A stretch of DNA of 64,000 nt from Antedon mediterranea. Taxonomy: Eukaryota > Animalia > Echinodermata. Made by a program: the position numbers and the translations under genes. Location of the stretch: NCBI RefSeq assembly GCF_964355755.1, contig NC_092671.1, forward strand, positions 13,950,001-14,014,000. Reading direction: 5' to 3'. A model generated the notes under the pieces. That model worked only from the letters and a program-made list of their open reading frames with translations. It was not told where the DNA came from and did not search any database. How positions within the stretch are numbered: position 1 is the stretch's first letter; each line of letters begins with the position of its first letter. Shown here piece after piece: positions 12,872 through 25,499 of the stretch.

Positions 12872-13894
12872 GCGATTTTTTTTTTCGTACATAAGTTGGG
12901 GACCCCCTCATGAAACGTCACAAAATAAACACAAGTGCGGTACGATTCTAGGCCTATCTCCGCTGTTGAAGAATAGCGGCGTTTTGTGTGGATTGTCGAA
13001 ATAATCGGCCTTTAGTTTATGGTGTTTTTTAATATAATTTATTACTAAAGAATTACGTGTTAAAATTATAGTTTCTATTGATACTATTAGGCCTAATTAT
13101 TAGTCTCTAAACCCATGTCTATTCTAGTAGTAGCTGTGTGGATGTGTGTGACGTGTGTGTGTGTGTTAGGTATGACCAAAGATAGTTACACTATCTTTGG
13201 TATGACACAATCCGAGTAATAAGTCAGCAAAATTAAACAATAAACATTACACAAAAATACATTTTTTTATTCTCGTGGGTCAAATCTTCCCATCTCATGT
13301 GTTCATATACGCGCATTTTTAAAGTTCCTTTGAGTACATTGCATATTGTTTGATAATTGATAGCAGAATTTAAAAAATACAGTACACAAATTATACACAT
13401 TCTTTATTCTTGTGGGTCTAAGCTTTCTTTGGGCTATGTCCAAGAACGCTTGGGTGCACACGGAACAACAACTGCGATACGATTCTTTCTACAATAATAG
13501 GACTAGTATAGGATTCTAGGTCAATTCACGTGATTGCCTTCGCGCACTCTTCTTCACACACACGTCCACTATGCAAAATGTGTCGAGGCTAATCGACAGC
13601 TAGGCAAAACATTAAACTAAGTAGTAATTGGACATAGCCCAAAGACACAAGTCACACACACCCACACAGCTACTACTAGAATATACAGGGGTTTAGAGAC
13701 ACACAAAACTCCGCTATTCTATTATGAAATCAGCGGAGATAGGCCTAGAATCGTACCGCACTTGTGTAATCACTTCTTGTTGCTATACGCTTGGGTGCAC
13801 ACGGAACAAGAAAATTTAACTGATGAATTATTCATGTTTATTTTGTGACGTTTCACGATGGGGTCCCCAACTTATGTACGAAAAAAAAAATCGC
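12872..13894. mobile_element. Mutator-like foldback MITE with modular inverted arms
   Basis: 60-bp TIRs at 12872-12931 and 13835-13894, with a 9-bp TSD GGGCGGGCT at 12863-12871 and 13895-13903. Further inverted blocks: 12931-12965/13731-13766, 13103-13152/13651-13700 and 13427-13443/13628-13644. Confidence 0.9.
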
Positions 13895-16537
13895 GGGCGG
13901 GCTACCGTGCTATAGGGCCTAGGCTAGCTAGCTAGGCTTAGCTAGCTAGGCTTCTTAGACGGTGACCAGGCATCATCTAAAACTAACTGTAAACATCGAA
14001 GTTGCATCTGGATATTCACAATTGTTAACATAATTACATTAACGGTAGGTGATTCATAAATGTTTATGAATTGTACACAAATATTAACGAAGGCTTATTA
14101 TTATTATTCGAAGGCTTGCACTTGTTGGTATTTTTTTCCGTTGAATTACCGTCGTGGATTGCATGCATTGCGTGGATTGCGTGCATTATTCCTGCATTGC
14201 GTGCCTCGTTGACTCGCACTTTGGCAACACTCGAGAAATTTGACCTCGAGGCTCTCTCTATATACAGTATTACTTTTTTTTTTGTCTTGTGTGGGTTCGT
14301 CCCACTTTTATTATAGTTCTATAAATATAAATAATATATGTATATATGCACATTTATATAATTCTCTTATTTATAAGGTACATTGTTAAAAAAATACATA
14401 TCTTTTGAACAGTATATACATAAGACTAAGATTATTTTGATGTTAAGAAGTAACCACATTTACATTCATATACATTTTTAAAAATACAATTAATTAAAAT
14501 ATGTCGATGGCAGTATTACTTTTTGATATTTTTACTATGCTAGACAAAGAAATCGTAAATAAAAATTGCGAGCACACAATTTAAGAGAAATGTAACTTAC
14601 TTTTTTTTTTATGAATACACACAGGATGCCCCGGCCTGTAAGACTCCTTGAACTCCGGCTTACGTGTGTCACAAAACAATTCACTCAACAGGATTGAACC
14701 AATAAAAAAAAGTAATACCAGCACTATTGTAACGGTTTTGTTGTTTCCGTTACTATATACTATAGTCTCAGTGGCAGGATGTCATCAGTCACAGAATATA
14801 CGAACAGTAAATATGGTTTTGTCCAGTGACAACAGTTTTATTTCAATACTCAATATAATGCAGTCTGTACTGGCTATATCATGTTGTGATGTGATGTTCC
14901 TATTAAAACGTTTTCTTCTCTCTTTATCAGTTTGTTAACTCTCTCTATTATAAACTCTCTCCCTCTTGGCCAGTACATCCATATTTAAGGAACAGTCCTA
15001 ATTAATATGCATGTACTGGGAGGGGACTATTTGGAACAAAGGAACATTCTTTGATGATGAGGAATAATCATATCACCTTCATCTCAGTGAAGGTTAGGGC
15101 AAATTGGACCACTGGACATCAACAAGTATTTATAGTAACTCCCATTAGAGCAATTATACATTTCACAAAATACCAACTTGTACACAGTTAATAGATTTAT
15201 ATTCTCTCGTGTGTTACATCATTCCCCATCTATCAAAGAAGTGTCCCACTTCTCAATCTTTAAGAGAATCAAATCCAAAAAAAATAATATTGATAACATA
15301 AAATTAACGTTGAAAATACAAGGATTCATATGATATAGTTAATACTGTATTAACTACCAACTAAAACGATAACTATAATTAATAATTGACTATATAATTA
15401 TGATAATATATATGATAATATAAATTAAGTAATATTAATGAAAAAAAACAAAACAATAAAAAACAAGACCATCATACAGTCACTGATTTAATTAATGTAA
15501 AACCATGGTTGACCTGTAAAGTTGATGTAGTATCCATAAAATATTCAAATGAATAAATTCATATTGTACCTCTAGAAAAAAAAATTCACATTCAAATTCC
15601 AAATATTAATCAGCCTTGAATCACATATATAGCAATACAATTTGTTGTAAAAAAAAATAGTGAACCACCACAGAATAGTTAGAGAAATTAAGAATCAGAA
15701 TAAGATAGTTCGAAATAGAAGTATGTTTAATGTATGCTGGTGTAAGACAAATTGGCACAATGTCTATGATGTTCAAAGGCATAAACACGAGGGATTACCA
15801 TGAGGGATAAAGTAACATATACAAATTCTACAAAAAAAAATTATTTAAAAATAAAAACATTCAACCGCAAAACGTTAATTGTTCCTCTTGTCGCCGGTTA
15901 TTTAAACCCATAGACTCAATATGGCCATGATCAGGTACGACATTATATTAGGAATAAACATCAAATATGTGGAAAATAACATAAAATTACAAACACAGGA
16001 CATAACACTATCATAATATCAGACATGCGATATCTCTAGTCGCAGGTTATTTAATCCCATAGACACAAGTCATGATCAGGAACGACGCTTTGCGAAATAA
16101 CGTATGTTTATTTAAACTGGGCATGATGTGTATTACATACCAAACAACACAAATTATTTAAACAAAAAAATACAATGAAGGAAATTATCACCATGGAAAT
16201 CTAGTGTCACCTGGCACAGTGCAAATGTACTACTCAATATCAGCATAACAGTAAACCAATTGGTAGGTCATGAAAAATGTAAAGAAAGATGAAGAAATCA
16301 GAAACAATTGTGGCAGTCCTACTACGAATCACAAGAGAGCAAATCTCTCACTTTTGCTCTTAGGTGAAATAATCACTAAATAATATGAAACAAAAGTTAA
16401 TCGAATATAAGAAAATTATTACTGTCAGAAATACTGTAATAGGAATCTATCTAAATAAAATACAACATGCATAGTCGTAATATCTAAGGAAAAAAAACTG
16501 AACTATTTATGCATAAAAAATAAGTATATACAAAAAA

Positions 16538-18185
16538 CTAATTATCATATTTTGCTGGGGTTTTAATAATTCGTCCATATCTTGAAGTGATTGTAGGTTT
16601 GATATAAGGTTTTAATCTATCATAGTGTACTCGTCTAGTATAGGGTAGGTTTGTCTTTTGATTGTGCAATTTATATGTTTTACCACTATCGTCAACCTTT
16701 ACAATTTGATAAGGGCCAATCCATTTTGGTGCTAGTTTAACTCGGGCATTAACTGGATCATTTAACCAAACTTGATCTCAAATTTTATAAGGGGCAGGTT
16801 CGATACCATTTTGGGAAATAACATGTCCCAAGTATGTGACTTTTTCCTGAAAGAATTTGCATTTGTCGGGCCGAAGTTCTAAACCAGCCTGCTTAAGGCG
16901 AGAGAACACTTCATTAATATTTGAAAGTTTCTCCTCAAAGGTTTTACCAAAAATAATTAAATCGTCCAAATATACCATAACTGTTTTCCATAGAAGACCT
17001 TTAAGTACATTTTGCATTAATCTTTGGAATGTAGATGGTGCATTAGTTAAACCCATTGGCATAACATTAAAATGGTATAAGGCATCGCCTGTTGTAAAGG
17101 CAGTTTTGTGTTTGCTAGCTGGGTCCATAGCAACTTGCCAATACCCGGATGATAAATCAAGGGTAGTAAAGTATTTATTTCCAGCTAGGGCATCTAACAT
17201 ATCCTCAATACGAGGTAATGGATGAGAATCACGGACAGTATTTTGTTTCAACTTCCTATAATCAACGCAGAAACGGTATGATTTGTCTTTCTTTTTAACC
17301 ATGACTGAAGGTGAACTCCAAGGACTATTACTGGGTTCAATAACACCTTTATGTAATAATTCTTCAATTTGGTTATTAATTTCATCTCTCATTTTTGGGG
17401 ATGTTCGATATGCCCTTTGGGTTAGGATGTTGGGTTTCGATAAAATGCTGAATAACTGTGCGGCCATAATCAGATTTATCTTTACTGAAAATAGAGTCAA
17501 ATTTTTCAATTAAATCATTAACATTGTCAGATTGCTGTTGAGATAAAGCATTAGGCAGGGTGATACTAAATTTCTTATCACTACGAGTGCAGTCATCAGA
17601 TATATTCGTACAAATAGCTGTAAATTCAGAAGCATCTTTAACGTTAACAGAACTATTAACATGTGAATGAATGGCGTCATCTATGAAAGTATTGGGGCAT
17701 ACAAATTCCTGATGAGGGGGCATGACTATACAATTGTGGGTAGGAAATGAAATAGAAAATAATTTGGTACTTAAATCAATATTTGCAGAGTATTTATCCA
17801 AAAAATCAAGTCCTAGTATAACAGACTTAACTACTGCCTTAGTTACTAGAAATGTGTGTAAATAAGGAGAATCATTAATAAAAAATGTGATGTCTAGGGT
17901 GCCTACTATGTTCAATGGTGAGCCGTTGACTGATCGGGCTGTACATAAACCTATCCCTGAATCAGAGTTAAAGGTATGGCTGGATTTAAGATAGTTATCA
18001 TAAAACGTATAATTGATAATAGATATTTGAGCACCTGTGTCGATAAGGGCAATAGTAGAATGTGTATCAATAGATATTGGAATTTCAGATTTGGAATTTA
18101 ATTGAACATGGAGCGTCTGTGAAACATTATGAGGAAGGGACTTTTCATGAGCTGGGAATTGCTCCATCTTCCCAGCTCGGGCTAG
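16538..18185 (-). pseudogene. Gypsy pol remnant (protease, RT, integrase C-terminus; RNase H and integrase core missing)
   Basis: ORFs 17382-18167 and 16778-17509 are linked by a frameshift near 17420. The RT frame continues past TGA at 16778 to TAG at 16538. Confidence 0.9.
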
Positions 18186-18191
18186 TTTTCC
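18108..18191 (-). promoter_or_regulatory. Programmed -1 ribosomal frameshift signal (slippery site plus stem-loop/pseudoknot)
   Basis: G GAA AAC directly before the gag stop, a 6-nt spacer, and a perfect 10-bp stem (18149-18158/18169-18178). Loop ATGGAGC is complementary to GCTCCAT at 18108-18114. pol lies in the -1 frame. Confidence 0.8.
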
Positions 18192-19170
18192 TTCTGGTCA
18201 GCAAAAGATACATGTCTATCACGGCCTGGACTGAATGGTCGACGATTAGGGTAAGGGCTAGAGGGTCTCCTATTACGATTTTGGTGATAGGGACTAGAAT
18301 TTCGAAAATGCTGATCACGACGATAAGGACTAGGACTGCGCCTATTTCTCTGAAACTGGTCGGAGCGATTATAAGGGCTGGGACTTCTATATCGATTGGG
18401 GCGGTAAGGACTGGAGTTACGATTCTGATGTGGGCTAGGGTGTCGATCATTATAAGGACGGGGTGTTTGGTAATGTCGGTAAGGATGGGGACTATGGTTT
18501 CTGGGACTAAAGGAACGAGCTGAATAATTTGGAGAATGAGAATCTGATTCAAATGAATCCTTACGGCTTTTTGGGTCTGTCAGAAGCTGGGCTACTGTCA
18601 ATTTTAACTCACTAATTTCTTTACGTAATACATCAGTCTCTAAACCTACAGAATTAATGGGGATTGAGGCGGGTGGGTATAATTTACTAGCTTCTTGGGA
18701 ATACTCAATGTTTTGAGCGACCTTTAAAGCTTCAATAATATTGGAAACACCATGCTCATGGCACTTGACTCGCAGTGTTGCATCAAGTCCCGCCAGGAAT
18801 CGCCTAAATATTTCCCCTTCCTGAGCATGTCTACCGTACTCAGGAAAAACTTCTCGGACCAAGCGAGCGGAGTATCTGCTGCATAAACCTGCAGAGTTTC
18901 GCCCACCAGTCGAGGTCTGGCTGTAAGGGACGTTCTAAATGCCACATCATGTTGATACGTGTTATGGTCAAAAGCCTTGGTCATTTGACGTTTGACCTCA
19001 GTAAAGGTGCACTTTGTTGAGACGGGAGATTATCCCAGAAGGTGAAAGCAGCGCCAGCAAGACGGGATGGCAATATCCGCGCTTTTTTCCAATAGGGTAG
19101 CTGGAGGGTTGTGGCGTCTAAAGCAACTTCAAGGCGGCGGCACCAAATAGTGGGGAACCTAATGTAATTC
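18182..19170 (-). pseudogene. Frameshifted Gypsy gag
   Basis: Consecutive frames give WCRRLEVA...LAGAAFTFWDNL, RPRLVGETLQVYAAD and FRRFLAGLD...EALKVAQNIE, then an Arg/Ser/Pro-rich tail ending QKEN*. Confidence 0.85.
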
Positions 19171-19244
19171 TGTGAGATTTTAATGCTCAAGTTGAGTTCT
19201 TGGCAGTTTTGGAATCCTTGGGACCAGCAGAATTCATTGCAACT

Positions 19245-19935
19245 GGGGGCCAATTTTTCCCGACCCCATTTTGGCCGCCATCTTGGATTTCAAAATGGCC
19301 CCCATTTTTTACTCAAAACTGATAGTAGCTCCTATTATAAACCACGTACGAACGTAATTTGTGTGATAAATCTTACAATATGATGATAAATCAGTCCAAT
19401 GGTACAATTTATAATAATAGCATATGGCAGCCATATTGAATTCCAAGATGGCCGCCATTAAAAACGTATATAATGTATGCATTTTATAGTCAGGGTCCTC
19501 GTGTATTTCCGTAGGATTTTAATGCCCAAAGTAAGATTTCACTTCTTTAATATGGTGGTAGGATACCAAAAATGCTAGGTAACCAATTTTCACGATCCCG
19601 TAACCATGGTAACAGCCCCAAGATCAAAATGGCTCCCAATTGGCCCTATCTCCGTATCCCTTTGGTCTATCAACAAGATATTGGTATAAAAATACTCGGA
19701 GCGTATATATTTATATTCATTGTAATGGAACATTTTGACGAAATGTAATAGGAAATGCTATTTTTCTGCACTATTGACCTTTGACCTTGACTTTCATTGT
19801 ATCTAAAAAACGGCTGGTCATTGAAATTTAAAAATGGTCTCAAATTGCTGAGACCATACATATTCATATTTATTGTAATGCAACATTTTGTTAGAAAATG
19901 ACCGGAAGTAAAGTTATTGACCTTTGACCTAATAA
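19245..19935. repeat. Unclassified interspersed repeat rich in CAAGATGGCCGCC and TGACCTTTGACCT motifs, abutting the Gypsy 5' end
   Basis: GGCCGCCATCTTGGATTTCAAAATGGC at ~19273, CAAGATGGCCGCCAT at ~19444, and TGACCTTTGACCT at ~19775 and ~19918. gag homology stops just before it. Confidence 0.55.
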
Positions 19936-20689
19936 ACATGAACTTGATGTATACAATAATCGGCAATTATTTGTGGTAGGTATTAAACAATGGATTTATA
20001 CATATTATTATCATTTGAATAGCTAATTTTTAATTCACATACTTAATAACTGCCGCTAACATTAAGTGATTGACAACATTTTTTGACAATAGGACTACAT
20101 GATAAATAATAATAAAAGTAATAGGCATAATATAATAAGGGTAAAGTTTGATTACATGGAAAAAAAAATGAAGAATGCAAGTAAAAATTTCAATAATGAT
20201 AAAGGATCGATTAGCAATGTTTATAAAGAAAGTTAATAAGGTTCAACAAAGTTTCAAAGTGTCCTGCAAAATAAGAAGTCAACGTTTGAAAGTCAGTATG
20301 GAGTGATAGTTAACTTTGTCCAATAGGCTAGTTAGTGGATATAATAAAGAGTACTTAGCTGTCGGTTCTCAATATTAATAGAGTACTACGTCTAAAGGCG
20401 TCGGATGTCAGATTCAGACCAGATGATCACTTTTTTCTGGTTCTTCTAGAAAAGTACAGCTTACTTTTTTTTAAAATGTATACACACAGGATGCCCGGCC
20501 TGTAAGAAGCAGACTCCTAATTGAGAACTCTGGCTTACGTGTCACAAAACAATTCACTCAACATGGATTGAACCAATGAACACATATTATACCAGCACTA
20601 ACAGCAGGTTTGTTTGTAAGTCGCTTATGAAAGTGAAAACACAAATCACGACATGGACTGGAAAATTGACCTAATTGCTTTGGTTATAA

Positions 20690-21035
20690 ATGACAAATTT
20701 ATCACAATAAACAACAATTTTTCAAAAACATGAAAAATGAAGATTAATTAAATCAAATTTTGAATAGGTTATTTTGTAGTTTTAATACAGTCAATCACCT
20801 TCGTAGAAAAAAAAACCAAAAAAAATCAAGTTTTCACAAAATAACATAATAAATGGTAAATTCAACCAAAAATCCATTGGCTGGCAGCCAATTTGACCAT
20901 TTTTTGCTTTAAATTCCAGTTTTTCAGGTAAGTAAATTTTTTATCTAATTTTTGATCGAAGTCAATAACTATTATGTGACATTAAAATGGCATATTCAAC
21001 AAAAAAAAATTATTTTCAGGGGGACAACATCTTTA
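20690..21035. mobile_element. Partial TTAA-targeting (Kolobok-like) MITE
   Basis: Ends GGGGACAACATCTTTAA. The body matches copies at 55768-56445 and a fragment at ~23846-23912. Confidence 0.7.
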
Positions 21036-21105
21036 AGCTTAACCGCCAGTCCGCTAAGAAATATTATAGATTATTATTATAGATTCTATATTTGTGTTAC
21101 CGTAA

Positions 21106-21293
21106 AGCGTGGTTCCCACTAGAACACAACGCAGTGACGTATCGACGCAAAGTGCTGAATTGCGTAATCACAAGTGGGAACCGACGACGCAATAGTGCTG
21201 CAAACATCGCAGGTTTGATTTCACGCAGGCGGGGGCAAACACAATTATTAGAAGGGCATTTGGTTACGTTGCGTAGCTGGTAGGAACCACGCT
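21106..21293. mobile_element. PIF/Harbinger-like MITE
   Basis: TIRs AGCGTGGTTCC / GGAACCACGCT flanked by TAA and TTA. Confidence 0.75.
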
Positions 21294-21934
21294 TTATCGT
21301 GTAAACACGAATTTAACTAAGCTGTTGGTCAAACCATCTAAACCCTAAATAGATACTCCAGGTAATGTTAAACACAGCATTGTTTCCTTCAGAAATTTAC
21401 CTTTGTATTTATAATACATTCATTTATTTTACAATTTTCCCATTAAATTAAAACTTGTTCTTTTGTTGCACAGTACCTCAAACTGGTACAAAATTAGATT
21501 AGGTTCCAGTAAAGATAAATAATATAAAAAAACACAATAGTACAAAATATTCATAGTCATTATTCAGCTTTGATAGCATGTGAAACATATTTATATCAAA
21601 TTATATCATTCATAATCCATAATTAAGAACGTTATCTCAATTCCATATTGATATCAATTTATACTGTAGATATTATTATTGTTCCTTCAATATATAATTA
21701 TGTATTAAATTGAAAACTAAGCTTAGTGTATTTTAAACTCGGTCTACACCATCAAACTTTGTGACAAAAAATGCCTATATAGACACGATGATGCCATATC
21801 ACTACCATATTTGGGCATATCACTACCATATTTAGACACTTTGAATAACCAGAAAAAAATAAAAATCTCTGAAAAGAATAACTGACCTCTCGGTTACTCT
21901 TTATTAAAAATATATTATTAAATATAATTAATTT

Positions 21935-23615
21935 TCACAATCCTAAAGATTTCCTAACAATTTCTTGCGCTTTTTCTTCAAACCTTTCTCGATCATCACG
22001 CCACATTTTTGATGCATCAACGTTTGCGCCACTTTCATCATTTGGTTCTGAAATGGAAAAGATGGACTATATTTTTACTAACAGTATAATACTGACAAGA
22101 TTCGATCATATTCTTTTTTTTTCCCCAATTGATTTCTTGTCTAATATTATGACAGAGCCCAATATTTATTATTTATATCCTAGTATAGCAAATAATGATT
22201 TATTATAGTTACAGTTTGATTATCAAAGTTCATGAAAAATTATCACTTTCATATCAGAGGTAGCTAAAAATGAAATCAACAAGTCTATACAGTATTTGTT
22301 ACCTGCTAACATGCTTACTACCGACAATAAAATCTTTTCAACACTTTGTACAGGACTCCACCTTTCAGCACTTGTTTCATACCCCATAGGATCATCGCCA
22401 GGTGCGTGAAGTATTGATATACATACACGGCCATCTGAATAAACTATAAAGACAAATTATTCATCAATGTCATTATTTAAACAATAGGACATAATTGTGT
22501 TTTCAGTGATCTGGTTTAGTAGAGTGGACTATAAAAACAGTATTTTTTTTCCACCATTAATCATTTTAAGTTGATTAAGCACGATTTCCACTAAGCGAGT
22601 TTATTTGCACAAATCAGTTTCCCCGAACTAAACTAAAGACATTTGCTGACCGTTCCTTCGCCGTAGCAGGACCCAAAATTTGGAACAGATTACCAAGTCA
22701 CATTAAACACTTAGACGACTATAATCAGTTTAAAAAACATTTAAAAGCACTATATTTCAAACAATGTTACGATACTAATTGATGTGAAGCGCCGCTGATT
22801 ATAATTAAATGTTGTATAAATGTGCGCTATACAAGTAATAATATAATAAATGTGTGCTATACAATAATAATAATAATGGATATAAGCCAGCGTTAAAACA
22901 TTGTTTTCCCCAGTGTAATTCAAGGGAATGTATCCCCTGAAAAGGATAAGTTCTATAATAGTACACCCTAATACAGCAGCAGTACTTACAAACTGACCAA
23001 TAATCATACTTACTATTAGGGTGAAACATTTCACATGTGAACTGCATTTTAGGTGGATTTAAAGGGTAGTCATGTGGAAAATTAATAACTGCTTGAAACA
23101 CACCACCTTCAAAACAAGTGTCTTCTGGGCCACTAATATAAAGTAATACGGTATTAGAAGGAACTATTATTTTTACAAATACAACTTAGCATATATAGCC
23201 TATATAGAGTTAATAAATATACTTTTAAATATCCATGGTTGTTTAATTCAATACTTACGTTATGAGAGCTTCCCATTCAAAAAAATTATCTTCATTTTTT
23301 GGACCAGCTATGATACCTTCAGGCGGATTAACACTAAGTTCTGAAAACAAACATTTGGTTCACTGATATTTAACTGTAACTGTAGTTCCGACTAACCTAG
23401 GGCCGGCTATATTAATCTACTAGGCCAAACAGTTGGGACGAAGCAACCACACTACAGCAATACAAGGGACAAGAACAGTTAAGAGGACTATATTGACGAC
23501 AAGCCAGCCTCTGCCTAGAAAAGTACATTAGTTGCAACTCAGCAATAACTTAAAATAATCATTATAAATTACGTTTATACTCAGCCATAAGTCTTTTTAA
23601 AGCATTGCCAGCCAT
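21935..23615 (-). CDS. UBE2G2: Ubiquitin-conjugating enzyme E2 G2 (Ubc7-like), 165 aa
   Basis: Exons 23573-23615, 23259-23340, 23014-23132, 22303-22443 and 21935-22047 total 498 nt. Protein: [28 protein letters not shown]...[63 protein letters not shown]...KSLGL. It has the HPN motif, the active-site Cys and the acidic loop of the Ubc7/G2 family. AATAAA on the minus strand at ~21900. Confidence 0.97.
22621..22877 (+). mobile_element. 5'-truncated L2/CR1-group LINE (ORF2 C-terminus plus 3' tail) in UBE2G2 intron 3
   Basis: 22621-22782 translates [50 protein letters not shown], followed by GCGCTATACAA and an (AAT)n tail. Confidence 0.85.
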
Positions 23616-25499
23616 TTTCAGTCGCAATATTCATAAACCTATTACTTAATGGTATTTTTCTAGCACACACGGGGGAAAGCTAAGCCTCTTGTCTTGATCC
23701 ATCGACGATGTCGACGAAAAGCTAGTTAAAGAGAGAGCAGTCGGTCGATCGCCGCGAGAGGGAGCAATTGAGTTCGAGAGTTTTTATAGTCGAGTCTGCT
23801 CATGTTTTAAAAGTATATTACGTCATAAATGGATTACGTAATCGAAAGATGTATTGAAGATTAATTAATAAATCAGACTTTGAATAGGTTATTTTGTAGT
23901 TTTAATAAAGTTATTAATTTCATGCTACATTTATAATGCAAACAAATTATTTTTTACATGAAAAAGGAGGAAATTATAGGTTTAGTAATTTGGGTTTTAA
24001 TGTACTGAGATTCATCATGGATTCCATGTCGTTTATAACGTAATTATAGACCTATAAATCATGCGGTTATATTGCATTTTTTATAAAAACGTTAAATTGT
24101 AGTAACATTTTAAAATGGCGTAATTAATGGCAGCTAGACGGCATGGACTGGGGCAATTGTGGTATTTTTATGCAATTCCTGGACCCTACTTGCCTCAACC
24201 AATGTATCGTCACCTCGGTCCATGCTGTTTATAATGTAATTATAGCCCTATAAATCATAGCCCTAGTTAGTCCAAGCCGTAAGTATAAAATCATTTAATT
24301 AAATTATTACATATTTTGCGCCCCATACAAATTTGAATATCGAATCAGGAATAAGTAACCAACTTCACGCCGGTAAAGTAAAGATTCAATCAATTGTATT
24401 GTCCCAAGCACTGCTACTACTGTACTATTTACAAACAATTTTGTATATGTTGGTACTGAAATAATAATACAGAATCATTTTTTATAGGCTCTTATAATTA
24501 GGTGGAATACAGTGGAGGAACTGCAGATTAAATAAAGTTTCAGAGACTAGCTGAGCTATGATTTTATTCAGTAATAAACATATAAACATCTATGTGGCTG
24601 CCTGGATGCAAAATTGTAAACGATAAAACAGGACCAAGATCGAGAGCAAAAATAACTGATACACACACACAAATCATAACATTTGAGGCTTTATATTAAT
24701 AAATAACAGAACTGGAACAGTTTGGCTCATCCAAATCACTTAATTATTATTCTAATCCGCAATACAATTCTAATTTTAAAACAATTGCTTAATGTTGTGT
24801 TTACAAAAATGAAAATAAAATTTCACTTTGCGATGCCAGATTTGCTGTCCAGATGCGCAAAGTTCCCTAATTTCTAACTATTTTGTCTACAATTTAGCAG
24901 GTCATAAAAGGCCAAGTTCTGATTGGCTAATCTTAAGACAGTTGAGGCCTGTGTCATCCATCCAGTTTTACTGCTGCTTAGTTTATTATTAGTCTACTGT
25001 AGGCCTACCAAGAAAATTTAAAGAAAATTAAATTCAAGGGAAGAGGAAGGTGGGAGGACCTATGATGAAAGTAGCTCCAAAAAGACACAGGCTACAACCA
25101 GAGATCTTGAGACCATTATGTAAAACATAAAAAAACCCATGGAGAACCATCATTGGTGTCACAGATGTCGCTTGTAGGCCTACCTGTTGCATTTTAACCT
25201 TTGGTATTTTTATTATGTTTATTATGGGGAAGCCAGAATAGTACTGTCACTGAACCAGGTGCGCCCATTTGAGCTTCTCCTTACTTTTATAGCAGTCAAT
25301 CTGGTCATGAATTATCCTCTTATTCTTAGAATGATTACAGGGTGTGGGACGCGACCAGTGGTCCATAAGCTCCTTGTAAAAATTGATTAATAACAATAGG
25401 CTGGGCTCTAATTCTGTAAATTAAAAAAAAATACTCGCAATATACTTTCCTAAATAATACAATGAATGTCAGCAGAAATGTTATGCAACCATGAAGGAA

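Larger units (their letters stand above)
16538..19170 (-). mobile_element. Decayed Ty3/Gypsy LTR retrotransposon internal region (gag-protease-RT-integrase C-terminus)
   Basis: gag is split over three frames (18182-~19170). Aspartic protease motifs ALIDTGA...VILGLDFL. RT motifs RFCVDYRKL, LDLSSGYWQ, MPMGL, YLDDL, YLGH. Integrase GPY/F tail KLAPKWIGPYQIV...VHYDRLKPY at 16538-16777. Frameshifts and a nonsense codon are present, and no LTRs were recognised. Confidence 0.93.

Noticed and set aside
16857-18552. Plus-strand ORFs 16857-17225, 17283-17513, 18077-18523 and minus-strand ORF 18145-18552
   Set aside because: They are antisense or alternative-frame shadows of gag-pol.
14596-20600. LTR pair of the Gypsy element
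   Set aside because: The repeats are short and gapped, with no TG...CA ends, PBS, PPT or TSD. Kept only as an unexplained direct repeat.
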